From Candidatus Nanohaloarchaea archaeon (GTDB lineage Archaea; Nanohalarchaeota; Nanosalinia; Nanosalinales; Nanosalinaceae), in the NCBI GenBank assembly GCA_041640075.1, contig JBEQAY010000021.1:1-18378 (forward strand): a DNA stretch of 18,378 nucleotides. Reading direction: 5' to 3'. Under the pieces are notes generated by a model. It did no database searches, was not told where the DNA came from, and saw nothing but the letters and a program-made list of their open reading frames with translations. The translations under genes and the position numbers were made by a program. This document shows positions 1 through 7,638 of the stretch, one piece after another; within the stretch, counting starts at the first letter, position 1; every line of letters starts with the position of its first letter.

Positions 1-718
1 TGCGAGAAGATTCTCCTGAAGAATCTTCGTCTTCCATCTGACCACTTCTCATGTCTGCCCAGAGCTCTGCGTTTTTCTCGGCACTCTGATCTCTGTGAGG
101 GCATTTCTCGCCTTCTTTCCTGTACTTATGCCCTTCCTCCTGAGAACAGAGGCAGACGTAGGCCTTCTCCATCTCTATCAGTTTTTCAGCGTACTCTATG
201 TAGGTCTCGAAGTTTTTCGAGCTGTAGCGCACCTCATCTGGTTTGTAGCCTAGCCAGGTGTAGTCCTCTTCGTACATCTCGTAGGCTTCTTTCATAGGCC
301 TCTTGGTCACAGGGTCAGTGTCATCGTATCTCAGGATGAGTTTTCCGTTGTACTTGTCTCTTAGTTCTCCGTTTATCGTCATTCCACGGGCGTGGCCGAT
401 GTGTGGAGGTCCGTTCGGGTTCGGAGCGAATCTTACGACTACTTCCTCCTCTTCATCGACGTCCAGATCCGGTATCGGGTCGTGCTCTTTTTTCTCTGGC
501 TCATCGAACTCATAGTTCTCTAGTTTTTCTTCCTGTTCCTCTAGGGATAGCTCGTTTACTTCCTGGCAGACTTTCTGCGCTGCTTGCGTGACCTCTCCTT
601 TGTCTTCGAATTCCTCTTCAGCGAAAATTTTTCCGATTACTGCGCCAGGGTTGCATTCTCCGTCGTGTTCAACGGCGTTCCTCAAAGCGTACTTCCGAGC
701 TATCTCCTCTAAATCCAT
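1..718 (-). CDS. gltX: Glutamate--tRNA ligase, archaeal type (5' part; runs off the left edge)
   Basis: Not in the ORF track. Manual translation from ATG 718 gives MDLEEIARKYALRNAVEHDGECNPGAVIGK...VVVRFAPNPNGPPHIGHARG...LILRYDDTDP...KAYVCLCS...CPHR: class I HIGH motif, archaeal GluRS N-terminal extension and Zn-site residues. TATA box TTTTATAG on the minus strand at 750-743. Confidence 0.96.
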   Translation of the reverse strand, partial: MDLEEIARKYALRNAVEHDGECNPGAVIGKIFAEEEFEDKGEVTQAAQKVCQEVNELSLEEQEEKLENYEFDEPEKKEHDPIPDLDVDEEEEVVVRFAPNPNGPPHIGHARGMTINGELRDKYNGKLILRYDDTDPVTKRPMKEAYEMYEEDYTWLGYKPDEVRYSSKNFETYIEYAEKLIEMEKAYVCLCSQEEGHKYRKEGEKCPHRDQSAEKNAELWADMRSGQMEDEDSSGESSR

Positions 719-761
719 GAAAAACTGTTTGGTAGAAAATTTCTATAAAATGATCGGAAGT

Positions 762-1529
762 TTATTTGACAGCACGGATGCTGTTGTAGAAATTTCCTGG
801 ATAGATTTCTTCTTCACCAAAATCTGAGAAACCAGCTTCAACAATAATCTCTTCCATTTCCTCTAAGGAGTATCCTCGCATATCTCTTTCCCTATCCGAG
901 ACATTTGTGGTAAATCCTCCTCTGTCCAGCCAGAAAGTGATTTTTCCTTTCCAGGTCTGTTTTTGTGGATCGTAATCCGAGAAATCTGCTACCATACTTG
1001 CTCTGTGATCATCATCGAATTCTGTTTCCACAGGTCCCATGCGGTCGATCCTACCGCCTTCCGCAGGGAAAAAATCAGTAAGTAAGACACCATTCTCATT
1101 TAGGGAGCTGTAAATCGATTCTGCTGCATCTCTTACTTCAGATGGACTTTCCAAGTGGGAGAACGGTTGCCCATACATCACAACAGCATCAAACTCTTCT
1201 TCGAATGGCAGATCTCTCATATCAGCCTGGACAAAGTCTGCCTCGAGATCTTTTTCCTCCGCGATCTCAAGCATATCTCCACTCAGATCTGCTCCTGTTA
1301 CGTTATAGTCTTCATCAATCAAAGCAGTCGAGATACCGGTCCCACACGCCAGATCAAGGACGTCCGAACCTTCTGCGATATTTCTCCTGGCTGCCGCTTC
1401 CTTGTACTCAGACATTTTTCCACGAGAATAAACTATGTCAAAAAGCGCAGCTTCATCTCCGTACATATCTACCTGTACTTCACCCATCACTTCATCAAAA
1501 ACTTCTCTGTAATCAGGACTACTGGTCAT
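762..1529 (-). CDS. Class I SAM-dependent methyltransferase
   Basis: Motif I VLDLACGTG, then GADLSGDML, ADMRDLPF, FDAV and LNENGVLL; acidic composition. Confidence 0.92.
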   Translation of the reverse strand: MTSSPDYREVFDEVMGEVQVDMYGDEAALFDIVYSRGKMSEYKEAAARRNIAEGSDVLDLACGTGISTALIDEDYNVTGADLSGDMLEIAEEKDLEADFVQADMRDLPFEEEFDAVVMYGQPFSHLESPSEVRDAAESIYSSLNENGVLLTDFFPAEGGRIDRMGPVETEFDDDHRASMVADFSDYDPQKQTWKGKITFWLDRGGFTTNVSDRERDMRGYSLEEMEEIIVEAGFSDFGEEEIYPGNFYNSIRAVK

Positions 1530-1622
1530 ATACTACAAAGGAGTCACAAAATTCAAGAATGTGTTTTCTGTTATGTTAAACTCTGGCAGGTTTTTTGGAT
1601 AAATAAGAAGAAAAATTTTTGT

Positions 1623-1859
1623 CTATGCCTGCTCAACCGCTTCTTCTATTTTGTCGGGCTGGAAGCCGATGATCTCTTTGTCGCCGATGAATGTCTGCGG
1701 CACTCCTCGCTGACCTGTTCTCTCGATCATCTCTTTCGCTGCGTCTCTGTCGTCTGCAACGTTGAAGTCCTCGAAGTCGTAGTCGTTTTCCTCCAGCCAA
1801 TCTTTGAGTTTATGGCAGTATGGGCAACTTGGTGTGGTGTATACCTTGATGTCTGACAT
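1623..1859 (-). CDS. Glutaredoxin (NrdH/YruB-like)
   Basis: VYTTPSCPYC active site, GVPQ cis-Pro loop and IIGF; 78 aa. Confidence 0.95.
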   Translation of the reverse strand: MSDIKVYTTPSCPYCHKLKDWLEENDYDFEDFNVADDRDAAKEMIERTGQRGVPQTFIGDKEIIGFQPDKIEEAVEQA

Positions 1860-1882
1860 AGTTTGTGTAAAGAAGTTGAACT
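1860..1882. promoter_or_regulatory. Putative operator, copy 1 (AGTTTGTGTAAAGAAGTTGAACT), between the TATA box and start codon of the glutaredoxin gene
   Basis: 20/23 identical to 2780-2802. TATA box TTTAAAAG on the minus strand at 1888-1881. Confidence 0.65.
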
Positions 1883-1935
1883 TTTAAACACTTTGTGGTT
1901 TCTGGAAGGTTACTCTTGATTTTTCTCGGAATTTT

Positions 1936-2265
1936 TCAGAGTTCTTCAAGAACTTCGAGCTTCTCTTCCTCCCATTCGCTCATCCTCTTCTTCACTTTCT
2001 GTTTCATCTCGTCCTTGTCTGGAACCGAGTAGATGTAGTAGCGACCTCTCTTTCCGTCCTCTACCTTGCTTTCCCGCTGGACCAGTCCTGTAGTCCTTAA
2101 CTTGGAAAGGTATCTCTGCACTGTTGAGCGATCTTTTCCCAGCTCCTCTGCGATGTCCGATGCTCGGGCCTGGTTGTCACATAGGTAGTACATCACCTCT
2201 GTCTCCGAGCTGGAAAGATTGTAAAGGACCTTGAGCAGCTGTTTGATTTCAGTTGGACATTGCAT
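1936..2265 (-). CDS. HTH transcriptional regulator (COG3355/TrmB-like winged helix)
   Basis: LSSSETEV...IAEELGKDRSTVQRYLSKL...GLVQR...GRYYIY. Start moved to ATG 2265 (MQCP) because TATAAAA lies on the minus strand at 2293-2287 and the longer ORF overlaps the UspA gene. Confidence 0.88.
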   Translation of the reverse strand: MQCPTEIKQLLKVLYNLSSSETEVMYYLCDNQARASDIAEELGKDRSTVQRYLSKLRTTGLVQRESKVEDGKRGRYYIYSVPDKDEMKQKVKKRMSEWEEEKLEVLEEL

Positions 2266-2302
2266 GTTAACCAGTGGGGTTTTGAATTTTATAGGCCTGA
2301 GC

Positions 2303-2749
2303 CTATTCATCAAAGGCAACTGTTAGAACAGGGATTTTCGAGGATCTGATGACTTTTTCAGTTACACTTCCAAGCAGCATCCTGTCAAGACCGCTTCTTC
2401 CATGCGTACTCATTATCACCAGATCTATGTCTTCCTTATCGGCGTAATCAAGGATCTTTTTGTGTGGAACTCCTCGCTCTATGGCTATTTCAGGATTCAA
2501 TCCCTTTTCTTCAACTTTTTCCCGGATAGATTTTGTGGTTCTTTCGCCGATTTCCTCGAAGTTTTCAACTGATTCAAGCTGGCTCATAAGATCGGCTACA
2601 GAGCCATAAGATGAATCAATACCGATGTCAACAACATAGAGGATATGCAGTTCTGCATCAAATTTTCTTGTAAGCTCCACTGCCTGATCTACAGCAGCCT
2701 CAGACCTTTCACTTCCATCAGTTGTCAAGAGTATCTTTTCATAGCTCAT
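2303..2749 (-). CDS. Universal stress protein (UspA family)
   Basis: YEKILLTTDGS N-terminus and DLVIMSTHGRSGLDRMLLGSVTEKVIR...PVLTV signature. Confidence 0.96.
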   Translation of the reverse strand: MSYEKILLTTDGSERSEAAVDQAVELTRKFDAELHILYVVDIGIDSSYGSVADLMSQLESVENFEEIGERTTKSIREKVEEKGLNPEIAIERGVPHKKILDYADKEDIDLVIMSTHGRSGLDRMLLGSVTEKVIRSSKIPVLTVAFDE

Positions 2750-2772
2750 GTCTCTAAGTTAATCTCCGAACG

Positions 2773-2780
2773 ATTAAAAA
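2773..2780. promoter_or_regulatory. TATA element shared by the divergent UspA and RND genes
   Basis: ATTAAAAA/TTTTTAAT sits about 24-32 bp from both ATG 2749 (-) and ATG 2805 (+). Confidence 0.6.
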
Positions 2781-2802
2781 GTTTGTGTAATAAAGTTCAA
2801 CT
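2780..2802. promoter_or_regulatory. Putative operator, copy 2 (AGTTTGTGTAATAAAGTTCAACT), between the TATA box and start codon of the RND operon
   Basis: 20/23 identical to 1860-1882. Confidence 0.65.
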
Positions 2803-2804
2803 AA

Positions 2805-3872
2805 ATGCAACAGGAAAACTGGCTGGAAAAACTTACAGAATTCCAGGAGAACCATGCAGTAGAAGTAATCCTGTTCTTCCTGTTTCTATCACTGGCCATG
2901 ATCCCCGGAATGGCTCGTGTAGAAACAATTGTCGCATTGGAAAACATGATGCCAGCCAGTTCAACACCTGTAGAAGGAGTTAACAACCTGCGGGCAGAAG
3001 GCATCGGCAAAGACTCCATCGCAGTAAAAATATCGACAGGAAACACAGAAGACGGAGTACAGAGCATACATGAAAACCAGACTGAAAGATATATCGAAGA
3101 TCTTTCCAGTGATATCAGAGGGATTCATGGAGTTACACAGGTGATGTCACCACTACAGAGAGAAGGATTAGTGGATGAAAGAAGTCAGAATGCTGTTATA
3201 ACGGCTTATACATATGTAGGAGATTCTGGAAATGAAATGGACCGGATATTCAACGAAATCGAAAGTGAGGGTAGATATGAGAGACCTCAAGGTGTTGAAA
3301 CCGAGATTTCAGGTGTCCCGGCAGTACAGCAGAGATTGTCCAGCATGGTTGAACGTGACAAAAATATCACGACGATGATTTCGCTTGGACTGGTGTTTTT
3401 GATTACTCTAGGTCTTTTCCAGGGAAGTTTCTCGTCTGCATTGATGCCGATTATAGTGGTTGCGCTTTCAGTAGTCTGGCTTTACGGAACAATGGGCTAC
3501 CTTGGGATACCGCTTTCAACTCTTGCAGGTTCAGTCGCAGCACTTGTAATAGGGATAGGAATAGACTACTCAGTCCACATACTCAACACTTACAGATTCC
3601 ACAGGAGAGACAACACGATCGGTGAAGCACTTTCCGAAGCAGTAGGTGAAACCGGAGTAGCAATCATCGCAACATCCATAACCACAATCAGCGCTTTCAT
3701 GGCGTTCCTATCGGGGGCAATGCCTGAAATGCACCGCTTTGGACTAATAATGTCGATAGGTATAGGTTACGCCCTTCTGTTCAGCTTCTTCCTTCTTCCA
3801 AGTGTCTTCGTGCTTGAAGAGAAGATCATGAAGAAAATCCACGAATCAATAAACTGGAGGCACGACTTCTAG
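2805..3872 (+). CDS. RND/MMPL family transporter, half-size subunit 1 (HAE3-like)
   Basis: One N-terminal TM helix, an external loop ending SGVPAV, then five TM helices with IGIGIDYSVH and TTISAF...FGL motifs. Confidence 0.9.
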   Translation: MQQENWLEKLTEFQENHAVEVILFFLFLSLAMIPGMARVETIVALENMMPASSTPVEGVNNLRAEGIGKDSIAVKISTGNTEDGVQSIHENQTERYIEDLSSDIRGIHGVTQVMSPLQREGLVDERSQNAVITAYTYVGDSGNEMDRIFNEIESEGRYERPQGVETEISGVPAVQQRLSSMVERDKNITTMISLGLVFLITLGLFQGSFSSALMPIIVVALSVVWLYGTMGYLGIPLSTLAGSVAALVIGIGIDYSVHILNTYRFHRRDNTIGEALSEAVGETGVAIIATSITTISAFMAFLSGAMPEMHRFGLIMSIGIGYALLFSFFLLPSVFVLEEKIMKKIHESINWRHDF

Positions 3873-3934
3873 TGGCCGAAAACAAGTTTTCTGAGACGCC
3901 GGAAAACTTCTCGAGAGGTGAAATTTTCCGGTGA
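3872..3934 (+). CDS. Putative 20-aa bridging mini-ORF (MAENKFSETPENFSRGEIFR)
   Basis: GTG 3872 overlaps the TAG of subunit 1, GGAGG lies at 3856-3860, and TGA 3932-3934 overlaps GTG 3931 of subunit 2. Confidence 0.25.
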   Translation: MAENKFSETPENFSRGEIFR

Positions 3935-4989
3935 TAATAGAAGAAATGGCTTCAAGACTGGTCGAATACCAGATAGAACAGCCCAAGAAAGTTCTAATAA
4001 TTATGGGCATCCTGACAGCTCTGGTTATTCCTGGAGCATTGAACTTGGAGGTCAAGCCAAGTACAGAAGCGATTCTGCCTGAAGATGATCCAACAGTTGA
4101 ATCATTGGACACTTTGCGTGCAAAGTTCTCAGGCGACACCACCTATATCGTATTTGAATCAGATCAGGATATCAGGAATACCGAGCTCTTTGAGGAGATG
4201 AACAGGATCGAGAACAGGATTCAAAGGAGCGAGAATGTTCATTCGACCAGGTCGCCTGCCTCAATGCTCATCCAGAACTATGGACAGATTCCCGAAGACA
4301 GAGACAGACTTGAAGAATTCGATTATCGAAGCATGATCTCAGAGAACTACAGAACCGGAATTATTGCAGTAAGAACAGATACTCAGGCGAACTCCGGTGA
4401 GATACAGAAACTCTACGATGACATACACACGACTGTGCAGGCGGAGACTACTGAGGACTACTATTTAACCGGTTATAACATGATTGACTTGGCGACTTTC
4501 CAGGTCATCATCTCTGATTTCATGATGATAACAGGTGTCTCGTTTGCGGCTGTTTTACTTGTTTTATTCGGTGTTTTCCGAGACGTCAAGAGGATGATGT
4601 TCCCGATTGTCCCTGTCATGTTTGGTTTGATCTGGATGCTGGGTCTTGGAGGTTATCTAGGCGCAAACTTGACTATAATCTCGATGGTTTCAGCAGCTAT
4701 GATAATGGGACTCGGTATTGACTTCGGTATCCATGTCACCAAGAAATACTTCAGCACTCAGAGAGGAGCAGAAGGATTAAGCGAGACGATGGTGGAGCTT
4801 TCAAGAGGACTACTGGGCGGATCTACAACCACAGGAGTCGGATTCCTGGCATTACTCGCAGCAAACCTTACAGGTATGCACGCACTGGGAACTTTCCTCT
4901 TCACAGGCATTATCTCTGCATATATCGGCGCTGTATTCCTGCTTCCAACCCTGATAATCATGATAGACGGCAAACAAAAAGCAGCATAA
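3931..4989 (+). CDS. RND/MMPL family transporter, half-size subunit 2
   Basis: Same 1+5 TM layout with MGLGIDFGIH, TTGVGF and LLPTL motifs. SD GAGGTGA at 3915-3921 precedes GTG 3931; alternative start ATG 3946 has GGTGAT. Confidence 0.9.
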   Translation: MIIEEMASRLVEYQIEQPKKVLIIMGILTALVIPGALNLEVKPSTEAILPEDDPTVESLDTLRAKFSGDTTYIVFESDQDIRNTELFEEMNRIENRIQRSENVHSTRSPASMLIQNYGQIPEDRDRLEEFDYRSMISENYRTGIIAVRTDTQANSGEIQKLYDDIHTTVQAETTEDYYLTGYNMIDLATFQVIISDFMMITGVSFAAVLLVLFGVFRDVKRMMFPIVPVMFGLIWMLGLGGYLGANLTIISMVSAAMIMGLGIDFGIHVTKKYFSTQRGAEGLSETMVELSRGLLGGSTTTGVGFLALLAANLTGMHALGTFLFTGIISAYIGAVFLLPTLIIMIDGKQKAA

Positions 4990-5010
4990 ACACCAAAAAA
5001 ATTTGATACT

Positions 5011-6309
5011 ATGAAACGAACCAACACACACTCAACGGCACTTAAAATAGCAGTTACACTTTCAATTATCACATTTTCGATCGGGGCAGCTTCAGCAGCT
5101 CCAGAACTTGACGCAGTAAGCTTCGACCCAGGATTCATCACAGCAGGAGACAGAGTCAACATCTCGGCAAACATGCACGAGACAGATTATCCAGACAAGA
5201 ACTGGGATGAGGATAAACACCTTAAGGTGGTCCTGAAACCAGATAACCGTTTGACCCGTGAATACGTCACTATAGAAGATGACAGGGATGAGTCAATCGG
5301 TTTTCTTTATCCTAACGGTGTCTGGAATCAGCGTTACCAGGTCAAAGTTGATTCAGGTGCTCCAACAGGGATGTACGACTTTGAATTACATATACAGTAC
5401 CTTGAAGACGGTGAACCGGTAGAGATTCAGACAGAGGATGGAGATTACAACTTCACGGTTATACGGGATTTTTCGATGCCTGTAGACAATGAAGGAGTCG
5501 ACATTTCAAGTAATGTTCTCTCGACACAGCCTTCGGTTCCAAGGCCTGGAGATAACTACGTTGAGACACAGGTAAGGTTCACGAACACAGGGAACAAGCC
5601 TGTAGAGGAAATTGATCTCAGGCCTTCTACTCCTGAAGGAATAGAGCCTTCTTATTCCAGCGACGAAAAGTTCTACATCAACAAATTGATGGAAGGAGAC
5701 TCAGCGGAGAAAAAAATCTCCTTAAACCTTGATGAGAACTTGGAACCGGGTCTCCACAACATTGACCTCTCAGCGACCTATGAAGACGAATCAGGTAACA
5801 GTTACAGTGAAGATCTGGATATACCTCTGAGGGTTGAGGGGAGACCGAACCTGGAAATAGTCAACTCCGGTACGGAGATGAAGGCGGGGAAGACATCTCA
5901 GCTCAGAGTCAATGTCAGAAATGCTGGAGAACAGGACGCTGAGTCTGTTACTGCGAGAGTGATTGCTGAGAGTAGTCAGCCATTCAGCCTGGAAGACCGT
6001 TCCAACTACATCGGCGAGATAGAATCAGGTGAGACTTCGGAGGCGGTCATGAAGATCTCAGCTGATAGAAGCGCATCGCTGAAGCGACATCAGCTTAAAG
6101 TTCAGTTCCGGGCGAACGGAGACAGCGAGGAAGGCGACCAATCAGTCTACACTTTTACAGAACAGACCGGGATAGAGCTGACGGAGAGAACACAGTCTCC
6201 ACTTATCTACATCGGCGTCGTAGCCGCTTTACTTGTGCTGACTGCTATGATTTACCGTTACAGATCCGGAAAATCTCAGGAACCGGATGAAAGAGGTGAT
6301 GTCGAGTGA
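5011..6309 (+). CDS. COG1361 S-layer-family surface protein
   Basis: Signal peptide, repeated beta-rich domains (FTNTGN, VRNAGEQDA, YIGEIESGET) and a C-terminal TM anchor with basic tail. Confidence 0.85.
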   Translation: MKRTNTHSTALKIAVTLSIITFSIGAASAAPELDAVSFDPGFITAGDRVNISANMHETDYPDKNWDEDKHLKVVLKPDNRLTREYVTIEDDRDESIGFLYPNGVWNQRYQVKVDSGAPTGMYDFELHIQYLEDGEPVEIQTEDGDYNFTVIRDFSMPVDNEGVDISSNVLSTQPSVPRPGDNYVETQVRFTNTGNKPVEEIDLRPSTPEGIEPSYSSDEKFYINKLMEGDSAEKKISLNLDENLEPGLHNIDLSATYEDESGNSYSEDLDIPLRVEGRPNLEIVNSGTEMKAGKTSQLRVNVRNAGEQDAESVTARVIAESSQPFSLEDRSNYIGEIESGETSEAVMKISADRSASLKRHQLKVQFRANGDSEEGDQSVYTFTEQTGIELTERTQSPLIYIGVVAALLVLTAMIYRYRSGKSQEPDERGDVE

Positions 6310-6491
6310 AGAAGAAACAGTTCGTGCGCAGGTTTGCAGGGCTCGTGATAACAGCAGCATTCCTAGCAGGATGGTTTATCCACGAGTACTTCTACCTGGT
6401 AACCCTGTTCGCAGGGTTGAACCTTCTGCAGAGTTCATTTACAGGATTTTGTCCGCCAGAAAGATTCTACGACAGATTTCTTTCGGGATAA
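6306..6491 (+). CDS. DUF2892 (YgaP-like) small membrane protein
   Basis: VRRFAG...FAGLNLLQSSFTGFCP motif; GTGA overlap with the upstream stop; SD GAGGTGA at 6293-6299. Confidence 0.88.
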   Translation: MKKKQFVRRFAGLVITAAFLAGWFIHEYFYLVTLFAGLNLLQSSFTGFCPPERFYDRFLSG

Positions 6492-6507
6492 AATCTATTT
6501 TAACGGG

Positions 6508-6532
6508 TTCTTTTCTTCTTTCTTTTTTCTTA
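6508..6532 (+). terminator. Oligo-T archaeal terminator of the RND operon
   Basis: Pyrimidine/T tract TTCTTTTCTTCTTTCTTTTTTCTT just after the DUF2892 stop. Confidence 0.5.
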
Positions 6533-6589
6533 TCAGGAAGTTGATTTCAAACAAAAGAGATAAGACATTTCAGACTCTATTATTTCCTT

Positions 6590-6844
6590 ATGTCACGAAA
6601 ACTTCTACGCACGGAAAGCATAATGAGTAGAGAGGATGCGGCACAGAAAATTCATGACCTGGCTGATAAAATCGGAGACGGCAAAGTCGAACTCAAATCC
6701 GGAGATGACAGCATCGAGTTGACGCCTTCTGACCGAGTGGAGTTTGAACTTGAAGTTGAGGAAGAAACCGATGGAGACATATCTATTGAGATGGAAGTTG
6801 AATGGTCTGAAGAAAGCCAGGGAGAAGATCTAGAGATCAATTAG
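6590..6844 (+). CDS. Amphi-Trp domain protein
   Basis: MSREDAAQKIHDLADKI helix followed by alternating strands FELEVEEE and ISIEMEVEW ending in Trp. Confidence 0.88.
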   Translation: MSRKLLRTESIMSREDAAQKIHDLADKIGDGKVELKSGDDSIELTPSDRVEFELEVEEETDGDISIEMEVEWSEESQGEDLEIN

Positions 6845-6916
6845 GGTCTATAGTTTAGCTAAATATTTCATTTCTTCTCTTTAGATTTTTAAGAGAAAAA
6901 TAAAAAGTCAAAGTTT

Positions 6917-7141
6917 CTACTCCTTGGTGTCCATGCCTAGTGCGGAGTAGAGTGCGCATTTGCTTGTGAATCCTGTTGCCAGTAGTGCTATTGCTACGAC
7001 TCCCAGGATCGGCGATGCGATCTCAGGCAGTGCCAGGCTGGAAGGTAGTACGTTTGCCAGTATTCCGAGTGATAGTAGTCCTGCTACTGCTCCGAGTGCG
7101 ATGCGCACGATGCTGTCCGTGTCTCCTACGTTTTCTTCCAT
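6917..7141 (-). CDS. DUF2892 (YgaP-like) membrane protein, second copy
   Basis: MEENVGDTDSIVRIALG...LLATGFTSKCALYSALGMDT signature; start moved to ATG 7141. Confidence 0.9.
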   Translation of the reverse strand: MEENVGDTDSIVRIALGAVAGLLSLGILANVLPSSLALPEIASPILGVVAIALLATGFTSKCALYSALGMDTKE

Positions 7142-7181
7142 ATTACAGGTTACGGGTTCTTTACGTAAATATCTGTCGGAG

Positions 7182-7556
7182 TCAGGTGACCCATGCCTCT
7201 TCCTTGTCACCTTCTCTCAGGTTGTCCTGTCCCCATGAGATCATATCTTTCACCAGCGGGATCAACCGTTCTCCGAATTCAGTGAGCTCATAGGTTATCT
7301 TGACAGGTTTCTCTTTCTCCACATTCCTCTTCGCTATTCCCTGCTCCTCCATCCTGTCCAGGTTGTTGCTCAGTGTTTTGTTGGTGATATCACCGATCTC
7401 ATCCTTTATCTCTGAGAACCTTGCTGGACTGTTGTCATGGATGTGGTAGGTTATCACCGGTACCCATTTGTGACCCAGAATTTTTGACGTGGATTTCAGT
7501 GCGCACCATTCCTTGCTTTTGCACCAGACAGGGATTTTATCCTCCTTTTTATCCAT
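7182..7556 (-). CDS. HxlR (MarR/DUF24) winged-helix regulator with N-terminal cysteines
   Basis: WCKSKEWCAL...LGHKW...RFSEI...ITNKTLSNNL...PVKITYELTEFG...ISWG; start moved to ATG 7556. Confidence 0.92.
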   Translation of the reverse strand: MDKKEDKIPVWCKSKEWCALKSTSKILGHKWVPVITYHIHDNSPARFSEIKDEIGDITNKTLSNNLDRMEEQGIAKRNVEKEKPVKITYELTEFGERLIPLVKDMISWGQDNLREGDKEEAWVT

Positions 7557-7623
7557 TAAGTATCGGCCCCGAAACCATGTTTCAAAGTTTACACTCAGGC
7601 CTTTAATATCATTTGGAAATGAG

Positions 7624-7638
7624 GTATCACTATGAAAC
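7624..7638. promoter_or_regulatory. Pseudo-palindromic operator GTATCA-CTA-TGAAAC over the predicted DsbA-operon start site
   Basis: Inverted repeat with 5/6 match downstream of TATA TTTAATA (7602-7608), next to the divergent HxlR gene. Confidence 0.5.

Noticed and set aside
303..827. Three short plus-strand ORFs
   Set aside because: Antisense to gltX; the Ser runs mirror Glu codons.
1155..1856. 233-aa plus-strand ORF (and 1142-1579)
   Set aside because: Antisense shadow of the methyltransferase and glutaredoxin; basic, Phe-rich, unlike this acidic proteome and without motifs.
2266..2319. N-terminal extensions given by the ORF track (also 7142-7210, 7557-7658, 12114-12161)
   Set aside because: They run through promoter elements or neighbouring genes; downstream ATGs fit family N-termini and TATA spacing.
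2805..4989. SecD/SecF
   Set aside because: The GIGIDY/GLGIDF motifs and the COG1361 neighbour fit MMPL/HAE3; SecDF-specific motifs were not recognised.
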